64,000 nucleotides of DNA. Source: Eledone cirrhosa. Taxonomy: Eukaryota. The DNA lies in assembly GCA_964016885.1 (NCBI GenBank), contig OZ024740.1:237212001-237276000 (forward strand). Reading direction: 5' to 3'. The notes under the pieces are model-generated. The model saw only the letters and a list, made by a program, of their open reading frames with translations, did no database searches and was not told the origin of the DNA. Position numbers and translations under genes: made by a program. Shown here piece after piece: positions 34,084 to 46,538 of the stretch (the first letter of the stretch is position 1; every line of letters begins with the position of its first letter).

Positions 34084-35054
34084 TCGAAATATAACAAAGG
34101 AATATGTAAAAACCATGGGTCCGAAAAATCAGAGACAAAGAGGACGACTGACCAACTAGCTGCCTCCACCTCGGCCAGTCTCCCTCAAAGTGATGGTTAC
34201 TCGTTCTGCTAATGACCATCTGGTGAGGGGGCGAAGGCTTATAATGTACTACCACCTCTCCGTCAAAGAATAAAAAAGGGAAAGAAAGAAAGAAGAAAAA
34301 AAGAAAGAAGTCAGCGTAAGGGTCACACTACAGTCAAGCTAGACAATACCGCGAAAAACGGTATTCTAAAGAATTTATATTTTAACAAAGGCATATGTAA
34401 TGGGTGTCTGTATGGTCTAATGTGTGAACAGAAAATTGGAACGTTAAACTTATGCTACGAGTTATAGGATGAAATTAAATTAAAAAATAAATTGAAAATT
34501 GGAAAATAAATTAAAAAAAAATTATTTAATGAACTTACACAGAGAGTCTTATATGAAAAAGTTACTCTTGATAAGATATCAGGGTGGGATAATAGAGTAA
34601 AGATTAAAGCCTTCGATTGTGAATCCCAGCCAGCACCTCCTAACCACGTGTCAGCCAGTTACGAGTGGTCTCGTCCAGCGAAAGAAAGGGAAATTAATTT
34701 TTCCAAGTACTCTAGGAACGTAGCTACCCTAGGCCCTGGGTGTGCTAGCGGGAACTCTACCATTTCGACAGGCCATTGTGAGGGGTTTATTTACGTGCCA
34801 GTAGAGGCATGATACAGCTAACAGTTATGCCTAAGCCTAGAGTTTATAGGGATAAGTATAATATGGCGGCCAAAACAGGTGATGCGGCGGGCTCGGTGGC
34901 AAAGTAAGCTGCTCCGAGTAATTTGTTTACCGAAAGAGGGGGAATTTATTTTTCCAAGCACTCAAGGAAGGCTGAACTCTCCGAGCGCCCATCGCGCAGC
35001 TGGGACCCATTTTTTGGACCCATGGTTTTTACATATTCCTTTGTTATATTTCGA

Positions 35055-35112
35055 ATACCTGATGAAATCACCGGATTCATATGGAACCTGGTCATTGAAA
35101 TGATCATAGTAT
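35055..35112 (+). ncRNA. Type I hammerhead ribozyme (right arm)
   Basis: Stem I ATAC/GTAT; core CTGATGA 35059-35065; stem II AAT.ACCGG..TTC/GAA.CTGGT.ATT; GAAA 35097-35100; palindromic stem III ATGATCAT; AUA cleavage triplet. Confidence 0.85.
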
Positions 35113-35328
35113 AATAAACCTTTCAAGGATTTACACCAGTCCAGCCTCCTGTTATTTTTATTGATAATTAACTCCGTATTCGCACCACCAACTACACAAA
35201 CGAAGACGGGTGAACTGCACTACGTTGAGTACTCTCCACAATATTACACCAAGATTGACCATACCGAATTCTATCCAGTGGTGAACCAACAAACCTAAAG
35301 ATATATATATATATATATATATATATAG

Positions 35329-35440
35329 GAAAATAGTCAGGACCCCGACGGCAGAGCTCAAGCCGTTTCGACGGCTATTTCAGTCCAGAAATAGCCGTTG
35401 AAACAGCTTGAGCTCTGCCGTTGGGGTCCTGACTCTTTTC
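35329..35440. repeat. GC-rich foldback hairpin (53-bp arms, 6-nt loop) between TA runs
   Basis: GAAAATAGTCAGGACCCCGACGGCAGAGCTCAAGCCGTTTCGACGGCTATTTC / GAAATAGCCGTTGAAACAGCTTGAGCTCTGCCGTTGGGGTCCTGACTCTTTTC. Confidence 0.93.
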
Positions 35441-35849
35441 TTATAAATATATATATATATTGATGATGATGATGTTATAGATAGAGATATATAGTAATAA
35501 TAATAAATGTGAAGACTAAAAGATTATATATATATAAATGCACATGATTGAACCCTTGTCACTTAATCTATGGTAAAATTGGAAGAGAAATTCCAAACCT
35601 GGAAGCATGGCCTAGAATGAAAATGTCTTAAAGTTAACTTGGCAAAATAGAAAGGAAAACAGGGCCTAGATTCCCTCAAGAAAATGGCCTTGCTCAGTCT
35701 AAAGGAAAGGAGTAGGTAGAAATTTCAAACTATGGATAAACAAGAGATGTAGTGGCATCTCAGTGAGGTTAGCAAAAGAATGTAGGTTTTGTATGTGCTT
35801 GATGCACAAGAGCAATAAGTAGCAAGAGCTCACAAAAAAACAAGTTACT

Positions 35850-36079
35850 TTAACCCTTTAGCATTTACATTACTCTATATATACTATTGTATTTTTGTGG
35901 TAAAGGCTTTACCTTACATAATTATCTCACATAATATCGAATCTATGAGATTTTGATATTATTTATATTGAGAACAATAATACCTTAACGTCGGTATGAG
36001 TGGCCAGTTATGGCCTGTTTGAACAGAAAGATGTGAGTATTCTGGCTGGGTATGGCCAGTTTAAATGCTAAAGGGTTAA
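35850..36079 (+). mobile_element. piggyBac-like MITE, intact termini
   Basis: TTAA-CCCTTTAGCATTTA ... TAAATGCTAAAGGG-TTAA. Confidence 0.88.
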
Positions 36080-36129
36080 ATGTCCAGAAGGCTCTGTAGA
36101 AACCGGTTCATAATTTCTGTTAACTAGAT

Positions 36130-36830
36130 GACCAAATTAACAGTGGAGGTGGGTGTTCTGAAGGTACAGTAGCCTGAGTGAAAATGGGATGGAAAAAGTT
36201 TAGGGAGCTACTACTACTGCTGCCTACAAAATGATTTCTCCTGAAAGTGAAAGGCAGATTGTATGAAGTTTGTGTACGAACAGCAATGTTACATTGGAGT
36301 GGGACCAGGGCAATATATTCAGAGGACCTATAAAGACTGGAAAGAAATGAAGTTTACATGATCTGATAGATGTGTAATAGTGTGCATGAACAACAAGCAT
36401 TAATAAACTGAGAGAGAAACTAGGCATAAGAGAAGTCAGATGCAGTGTAGAGGAGAGGAGATTGTGGTGGTTTGGACATGTGATGTATATGGAAGATGAC
36501 AGCTGTATAAAAAGGTACAAGGTTGTCAAAGTCGATGTTAACTATGAAAGAGGAAGACCTAGGAAAGCTTGGGATGAAATAATTGAAGCTCACTTTGCCC
36601 AATTAAACCTCTCAATGGAAATGTCACAGGATCGAGATTTCTGGCATCGTGCTGTACTGTAGAAGACCGCCCCCACTTCCCTTGTGCTGAAAATGAATAC
36701 AAACATGTAGAGAACACATTAGTCTGCACCAATCTTCTCTTCACCCCTCCCCATTCATAATACCCTGCCCTCACCTGATAAATATCCCACACACCTCGTT
36801 GATGCTACACCAATAAAAGCACCCAGATAA
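36130..36830 (+). mobile_element. Old degenerate RTE LINE 3' fragment
   Basis: GWKKFRELL, KGRLY, WFGHVM, RGRPRKAWDE motifs with stops and frameshifts. Confidence 0.85.
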
Positions 36831-36879
36831 CATAGAGTGAGCTACATGTTTCAGGGTAGGTGTTCCATCAACTACATGA

Positions 36880-38142
<1,263 letters not shown>

Positions 38143-39686
38143 TGAATGAATACAGCCTTTTGACCAGTCAATGGATGGACAGAAAGATGGCGATGATGGG
38201 ATTATCGAACCAATGAAAAGGCTGAAATAACAGGATGCTAATATGTACTACAGATAAATAACAGCTGAAGATAAATAATTGTTTCTACTTTAGGCACAAG
38301 GCCAGCAATTACCCAGTGCATTACTGGTACTTTATTTTATCGACCCCGTAAGGATGAAAGGCAAAGTCAACCTCGGCAGGATTTGAACTCGGATCGTAAA
38401 GGGACGTAACTATGCTGGAAAGCATGGCGTCCAACCCTTTACCGATACTGCCAATCCACGAAGATCCTTTGAATGCAGAGTCAGGTTTGATCTGTAACAG
38501 ATCTTGCCTCGAGCTGATCGACGGAGAAACATATGTAATATGTTAATAAATGTGATATGATGCAACACTGATTTCTATATCTTCATAATATTATACTCTG
38601 CTTTGCGTGAGCATCGATTGCTCAACTGGCATACTGTCTACGGATGCATTTACCCGCAACCCTACAACAACTATATATATATATATAATCAGTTCCCGTC
38701 CCACCCTTGCAAGCAGGGAAAAAGCGGACGTAAAATGAAATGATGATGATGATGATGATGATATATATACACACACACATATATCTTCCTTGCAATCAGT
38801 GGAATATAAACAAAAAAATATTTAATATTAACATCGATTTACAATAATTTTTCACTGTGTTTTATATTTGAATGACTTTTATTGTATTTATGGAATAAGC
38901 ACATTTCTTATCAATATTTTGTGACAGCAGGGCAGTTTAAATATACTTAATAACGGGTTTAATGGCAGTGCAATAAATCTTCCAATACTGTTAATCAGAT
39001 ATTTACATAAAACTTTGTTAAAAAATATACAAAATAGTTATGTTGCCGCTCATGTAACATGTAATTTTGGGAGTATAAGTTTACTGCTATGGGAAACAGT
39101 AAGTAAATAAATAAAAATGAATAAATGTATTAACAAAAATAAATGAATTCACTACACCTTAAAACAATCCATCAAAGTGCTCACTTCAAACACTACAAAA
39201 GCATTGATTTGAGAAAAAGGGGGGAAAATTAAGAAAAGGAATATGTATTTTTCATCATCATCATCATCATTGTTTAACGTCTGTCTTCCACGCTAGCATG
39301 GGTTAGACGGGAATTGTTTCACTTGAGGCAAGATTAGTCAGGTGACTGTCTCGCTCGTATAGGACTGTATCTGACAGGTTTTCTTCGGCTGGATGCCCTT
39401 CCACATTTACAGTGTGGACTGGGAGCCTTATTATCGTGTCTCCTACACGACCACTTTACAGTGTGGACTGGATGTTCTGTGGTACTAACATAACTTTACA
39501 GAGAAAAAGTGGTGTGGGTGGAAGTGGGAGGATGGAGTAGGGGTAGTGGGTTGGGGTGTATATTTGGTTAAGAGTGCCTGCTGACTGTAGGTTTAACTTT
39601 GTACGTAAGGGACGGCCTGTCTGTCTTCTGTATTACTGCATAGCGCCAAAGATCTCGATCCAGTGACTAATGTATATTCCATTCTG

Positions 39687-39985
39687 TGAAGGTGCATGGC
39701 TTTGTGGTTAGGGAATTTGGCTTAAATCGTGAGGTTCTGAGTTTGATTCCTGGCAGTGCACTGTGTCCTTGAGCAAGTCACTTTATTTCACATTGCTCCA
39801 GTTCACTCAGCTGACAAAAATGAGTTGTACCTGTAATTCTGTGTCACATTGAATCTCCCTGAGAACTATGTTATGGGTATGTGTGTTTGTAGAATACTCA
39901 GCCACTTGTACGTTAATTTCATGAGTATGCTGTTCCCTTGATTGGATCTGGAACACTCGTCATCGTAACCGACGGAGTGCCTTCC
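39687..39985 (+). mobile_element. Second tRNA-derived SINE family (CORE/V-like domain)
   Basis: TGGCTTTGTGGTTAGG A-box-like, GAGTTTGATTCC B-box-like, GTGTCCTTGAGCAAGTCACTTT, GCTCCAGTTCACTCAGCTG. Confidence 0.75.
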
Positions 39986-40089
39986 CATTCCATTTTATTC
40001 ATGAAAAATAATGGAAGAAGGGTGGAAAAAACAAACTTTATAAAAACACTAGAAGCATTAGCTGTTGTCTCAACAGGTGACACTTGTGT

Positions 40090-41320
40090 ATCATCATCAT
40101 CATCATCATTTTACATCCGCTTTTCCCTGCTTGCAAGGGTGGGATGGGAACTGATTCTGGCTTGATTTCTACAGCTGGATGCCCTTCCTAACACCAACCT
40201 CATTTACAGTGAGTGCTGGGTGCTTTTTTTTCCATGGCGCCTACACGTCCCCTTTACAGTGTGGGCTGGGTGCTTTTTGCCGTGGCACCTCCACGACCAC
40301 TTTGCAGTGGAATGATAGAGACCCCAGTCCCTATCATCTCATTTCTACGGCTGAGTAAACTGGAGCAATGTGAAATAAAGATTTTTATGGCTGCTGGATG
40401 CCTTTCCAAACACCAACCACATTTACAGTGTGGGACTAAATGGTTGTCCTTATGAGGCAAATCTGGTCAATTGGTCATGCGATACCTTGCTCATATGGGA
40501 CCGTGCCTTGACTGAGCTTTTACGGCTGCTAGATGTCCATCCTAACACCAATCACATTTACAGTGTGGGACTGGGTAGTCCCACTTATGTGGCTATTCTG
40601 ACCATTTGGCTGCACCATACCTAGCTTGTACTGGCCCATGTTTCCGCTGCTTGATGTTTTTCCTAAACACCAACCACGCTTACAGTGTGCAACTAGGTGC
40701 TCCCATTATGAGGTAGGTCTGGCCCATTGGCCACGACGTACTCTGCTCATAGCAGGACCTGTGTTTTGACTGGGATTTTTACAGCTGCTGGATGCCTTTC
40801 CTAACACCAACCACATTTACTGAGTGGAACTGAGTGATCACACTTATGAGGGAAGTCTGGCCAGTTGGCCACACTATACTTTGCTGATATGGACTGTCTT
40901 GGCTAGGTTTTTATGGCTGCTAGGTGTCCTTTCTAGCAGCAACCATGTTTACAGTGTGGAACTGCATGTTCCAGTTATGGGGAGGGTTTTTGCCAATTGG
41001 TTGTGCTGGACCTCATTTACAGTGTGGGACAAAGTGATCCCACTTATGAGGCAAGTCTGGCCAGCGGACCCATATAATGGGAGCTAGTTGGGTATGTTAT
41101 GAAGGGGGTCTGGCTGGTTGGCCATGCTGGAACCCGTGTTGCTCATAGCAGGACCATGTTTTTGGCTGGGATTTCATGACTGCTAGATGCCCTTCCTAAG
41201 CCACGTTTAAGGTGTGGGCTGGACGGGGGTGACAACTCGGGTCTTCTGCTGTCATATGTCGTAGCACCAGAGGTCTTGGTCCTATGTCATCTCTGTTGAG
41301 AGGTTCAGCTGTGCCAGGTT
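40090..41320 (-). repeat. Degenerate tandem reiteration (~120-140 bp) of the RTE 3'UTR module
   Basis: GCTGGATG.C.TTCCTAACACCAACCACATTTACAGTGTGG recurs at about 40174, 40393, 40527, 40647, 40787, 40917, 41182. Confidence 0.8.
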
Positions 41321-41517
41321 ATGGGGTCCATTGTGCATTTAAAAGAGCTTGTTTCCTGAGTGTTTTTTCTTACTGTCCCTGCACATCATCATCATCATCG
41401 TTTCTCTCTCTCTCTATATATATATATGAGCCAACTTATGCAGCTTCATATGCAAATGAGATTAATCACCTCATTTACACAGATGAGAAAACTATATATT
41501 CTTGACTGCTTTCAAGT

Positions 41518-41607
41518 CCAGCAGTAGCAAGCAGGGGGAGGGACTGTCCTAACGAAGGCCAGTGAAGCCTGAAATGTATAGATGGTTGTCCCCCTTGCTT
41601 CTGCTGG
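41518..41607 (+). ncRNA. Degenerate type I hammerhead with long stem I
   Basis: CCAGCAG.AGCAAG..GGGGGA..GACTGTC-CTAACGA-AGGC(CAGTGAA)GCCT-GAAA-TGTA-TA-GATGGTT.TCCCCCTTGCT.CTGCTGG; the core has one substitution (CTAACGA). Confidence 0.65.
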
Positions 41608-41946
41608 GCACCACCAGAGGGCGTTAGCCCCCCCCCCCCCTGTTTGCATAGCTACGGCTTCCTAAAACCGTATTTCTTTAGAAATACGAAATTTCTATAC
41701 ATAATATATATATACAAATATGTGTGTGTGTGAGAGCTTTTGATTCCAGAGTTGGGCCAGATCGAACCTTGAGCTGATCAACAGCGAAACGTGTGTCACC
41801 AATCAATAGACGTAATGAAGGCTTAACAAATCGTCCTTGTATTATTATATTACACTCTGTCTAGCTCTACACCTCGCCATTGATATGAACCTAAACATCG
41901 AGTGCTCACCTGAGTGAACCTACAGTAACTTCAGGTTACACCCACT

Positions 41947-41985
<39 letters not shown>

Positions 41986-43290
41986 CACACACACTAGTGC
42001 AAACACACTATCTCAAAGATACCAATGGATAGATATCATTGGATTGTATATTCCTATAGAATATGTGTAAATGGAAATCCTAATGGAAACTGCAACAAGT
42101 TGTTACTTGATTTGTGGAAACAATTCGATATAAAGGTAATAAATGTAAGATCCTATCATCTATTCTGTGCATATACCCATGCAATGAATTATGATTTTAA
42201 TTTCACATCCCTATTACATCTGAGGATGTGAAAGCTAAATCATGAGGAATAAGCCCTAATATGAGATCTAAATTTGACACTCTTATCAGTTTAAGTTAAC
42301 ATTTCTTTAATCTCAGAAGGTGAATGTGGAATGGGTGGTAGTAGCATCTGCTCTTTACAATACAAAGAGGATTTCTATGGGAGCTTCTAAAGAATCTTTC
42401 CTTTAATCACCTAAATGCACCACAAGTAGAACATTTCTCATTCATCTTTCTCATCATCATCATCATCATCATCGTTTAACGTCCATATTCCACGCTTGCA
42501 TGGGTTTGGACGGGAGTTTTCCCACTTGAGGCAAGAGTGGTTGTCTTGCTTGCATAGGACTGTCTAGCGGGTTTTCTACGGCTGGATGCCCTTCCTAACA
42601 CCAACCACATTTACAGTGTGGAACTGGGAGGTTTTTACCGTGTTACCTACACGGCCACATTACAGCGTGGACTGTGTATTTTTTTGTCGTGACACCTACA
42701 CGACCTCATTTGTTTCGGCCTGCATGTTGTGGTACCAACATAACTTTACATCAAAAGGGGCGGTGTGGATGGGGTGGAGGTAGTGGGACGGGGGTGTATT
42801 TTGTTAGAGGTGTATGTATATATATATAATGCATATTTATTTCAATTCCATCAGGGTTTTTTTTAAAAATTGTAAATTGTTTGATATTTGGGAAGTTTCT
42901 TGACAACCTTATATACGTTTGAAGCAGATGTTGATTTTACTTGTGAAATGTTGTTTCCTTCTGTCTCTTTCTTATTTGTGTGCTGTTGTACCTCCATTTT
43001 CCTTTTCTCTTACACACCATGTTCATTCGTCATGTTGTATTTACTATCTTTCCTCAGTAGTGAGAAAGGGACAGAATTCATTCAGTTTAATATATTCTGT
43101 TTTCATTTGAAGCCTCTATATAGTTACTGTTAGAAATAATGTAATACTAGATATACCTTTAAAAGACAGGGTGAGAATGGTCAGAATGATTGATCAAAAA
43201 CACTCCGGCAATGCTTACATTATTCAGTCTCTTTTAAGATGCTAAATGGTGAGTTGACTATTCCTAACAGGTATTATTGTACAGGCTCCA

Positions 43291-43347
<57 letters not shown>

Positions 43348-45964
43348 AAAACATTGGATTTTTTTAAATATTATCACTTAATGTATTACAGTGAAAAAAT
43401 AAATAAATAAATATGAAACAGTATTTCACTGTGTGTGTACACATTAATATATGCATGTATGCAGGAATCTAGGCATATATTTGGCTAACAGAAACACTTT
43501 GAAACACTTCTACCAAGTAGCACTGATTCTTAATCCATTGGTTCGATGGTCAAAAGTTAGATATTTAAAGCTCATAATTAATAACCTTGTGAAAACATTT
43601 AGCTGTTTGACTAATTCTTTGGCATCCTGGATCAAGCAAACATCAATCCTCTTACTAAACCACCAGTGGCATAGAACTCCTGTTATATAGCATTGTAAAT
43701 ACTAATAAAAGTAAGCAGTTGTCAATGAATGTAGTGATGTAGCTAGCATGGACATTCGTTTATATATTACGGTAAAAGTTGAGAATTGTCAGAAAAAATA
43801 TCGCAATTATCTCCCTTGCACTATATTATCAAGGGGGACTACTCTGATGACATTATAATTATATGTCCTCTGTAACTAACAACTGGATGTGGTTCTAAAT
43901 GATGTAATTTATATATAATAATTGTTTCTACATTTGGCACAAGGCCAGCAATTACCCAGTGTATTACTGGTACTTTATTTTATCGACCCCGTAAGGATGA
44001 AAGGCAAAGTTAACCTCGGCGGGATAATGGTCAGTTTTGATGTTTGTTTCTATTAAATAAGTTGGGGAAATAGTATAAATAGTAAAGTGCACAACTAAAA
44101 TTCTTATGGTAGTTGATTTTGTTAGTATTCTGAGTTCTGTTAGAATTCTAATCCTGGTATCAATAGAATGAATACCAGTAATTTACAGTGTGAATGTAAT
44201 TGACTGCATGCCTCTCTTACAGGCTTTTAATTGAATATATATTTCCAATCCATAACTGTTTTCTCGTCATCAATATTTGGTATTTTTAGTTTTATATTTA
44301 TATTTTCTAGCCAACAACCTCTTAGCATCATCTACAAATGACATTAAAATGGACGTGGATTTGACAAATAGCTTAAAACCGATAATCCTCTTAAACATTT
44401 ATTAGATCTTTTTAGACCATATTTCAAACTGCTTTTGTGTTTTAATTTTATTTTTTTTAAAATAAACAAGAATTTTTAGATGAGGTGAGGTTTGTAAAAT
44501 AAGTGTAACTTTTAATTATTACTTCACAAAACTGTTGCTTTGCATTCAACAAAAGATGAGTATTTATTGAAATCTTACATTATCATATCATGAGGTTTTC
44601 AACGAGATTTTAATTTAGATATGAACATTATAGGTGGCTTGGTGTAAGTTGGTAACATAGGACCAGGAGTGGTAGTGGATATGATGGTATTTAAAGGTTA
44701 ATCACACCCACTGTTTAATTAATTCTTTTCTCTTTTTTTTATTTTTTCCTTGGCAATTCACAGCTCATATTTAACTACCAATAGAAAATATGTGATTTGG
44801 TTGTTAGTTTATGACAAAACACATTCTGTTGCTATTTTAGTAAATAATAAATTCAATAGAACATGTATGCAATAATGGCCTAATATGACTTCTAAATGCA
44901 ACAAGAAGAAAAGTATTTCTATAGAAATTATACATACAATTATGATTTAACATTCTCCATTCATATTATTTAAAAATAGAATTCCAAAGGGTGTTAATAA
45001 AAGTTAGATTTTATTATGAATATAATTTTGTTGGTCTTTTTCCATGTAATATTTGAAGTTAGCTCATTATAATAAAGGGAGTTAAGGCCCTTGCCATTCT
45101 GAGTTCAAATCCCGCCGAGGTTAACTTTGCCATTCATCCTTACGTGGTCGATAAAATAAAGTACCAGTAATGCACTGGGTAATTGCTGGCCTTGTGCCAA
45201 AAAGTAGAAACAATTATAATAAAGGGAGTTAAAATGTAATGCGGTGGATTCCCAATATGGACAAGGTAGGAACTTATAGTATATCTGTTTAATTCCTTTC
45301 TCATAGGTTATAATATTTTTGTTTATATCTAGATAATATTTGTATATCGATATATATTGATTTTGAGCATTGACATATACATGCAAGAATGAAATGAAAA
45401 AAAAAAAACCCAACAATTATGATGATGACACAAGGCCACAGAATTTGAGGGATAGTTTAGTCAACTAAATCAACATCAGATTTTGACTGGTATTCATATT
45501 ATCAACATCAGAAAAATGAAAAGCCAAGTCAGTCTGTGTGGGATTTGAACTCAGAATGTAAAGAGATGCAATTAAATGTGACAAATCATTTAATCCACTC
45601 TCTGCAATTTTATATCATTTACCATTTATACGATTTATAGATAACTATGATGGTAGAACATCTCACAAAATTTATCTTAGAGACGAAATTGATATGAGTT
45701 AGTTAAGTTATTTAAAATAGGATTATAAAAATTAGTGTTTTCATTTTATGCTCAATGTCTCCCATACATTATTATCACTTTTATGGCATATATTGGAAGA
45801 GATGTAATTGTATCTTACAAGAATCATGGGTAAACAAATGTTGATGATGGCATTTTATTATAACATAATTCTTTTCCATTCCTTTGAAATTTTTGTTTCC
45901 TTGATATGTTACAAATTTGTCTTAAAGAAATTACCCTATTTTTAACTATTTTACTTTTCTGCAG

Positions 45965-46030
45965 ATTGTACCAATCCGGGATTTGAGTATCCTCAAAGAA
46001 CCCAGAGGAATTATCAAACCTCTCCAATGG
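45965..46030 (+). CDS. SYP: Internal coding exon of a synaptophysin/synaptoporin-family (MARVEL domain) gene
   Basis: Polypyrimidine tract plus CTGCAG acceptor, 66-bp phase-0 exon IVPIRDLSILKEPRGIIKPLQW, GTAAGT donor. Matches the physin KEP.G..K.LQW motif preceding TM1. Not in the ORF track. Confidence 0.8.
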
Positions 46031-46538
46031 GTAAGTTATATTTGTATCTTTGAGAAGTAAATTCATAATAAACTTAATCCGTCCGTTACTCAGCATACCT
46101 CCCACAGTTCCATCTCTGAGATGCCTTTATCCAAGTTCATTCTGTTGAAATCATTTAGACCAAGCCTCCAATTTGTGGACAACATATGTTAAATTTTCAA
46201 GTATTGTACAAGGTTCCAAGAATTCACAGAATAATTTAATATGGTTTTCTTTGAACTATATAAAAAATTCCTTTCAACCAATGACATTTCTAACTCAGGC
46301 AAAATCAGGCAGTTCATTGGCTGTTATTCACAACATTTCCTCCTCCTTCCCTTTGTACACAAATATACCTACAATATATTTGTAATTATATCTTATCTTC
46401 AATTGTTTCATTTATCTTGATGATTTGCTGAACACAGACATAATGTGGAGTGAGTGAATAAGGTAAAAAAAACCAAACAAACTACTATACAGTTCTTATA
46501 GATGATTGCATAACAGTAATGAATCACATGTGAAGTAA

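Larger units (their letters stand above)
33972..35300 (+). mobile_element. Non-coding element with 158-bp inverted arms, each containing a hammerhead (Penelope-pLTR/retrozyme-like)
   Basis: Arms 33972-34129 and 35009-35166 (two mismatches seen); (TA)n flanks on both sides. Confidence 0.8.

Noticed and set aside
44349-44405. ATGGACGTG (MDV...) as synaptophysin first exon
   Set aside because: No in-frame splice donor before the stop codon.
45824-46105. 93-aa minus-strand ORF
   Set aside because: No recognisable domain; it is antisense to the better-supported physin exon.
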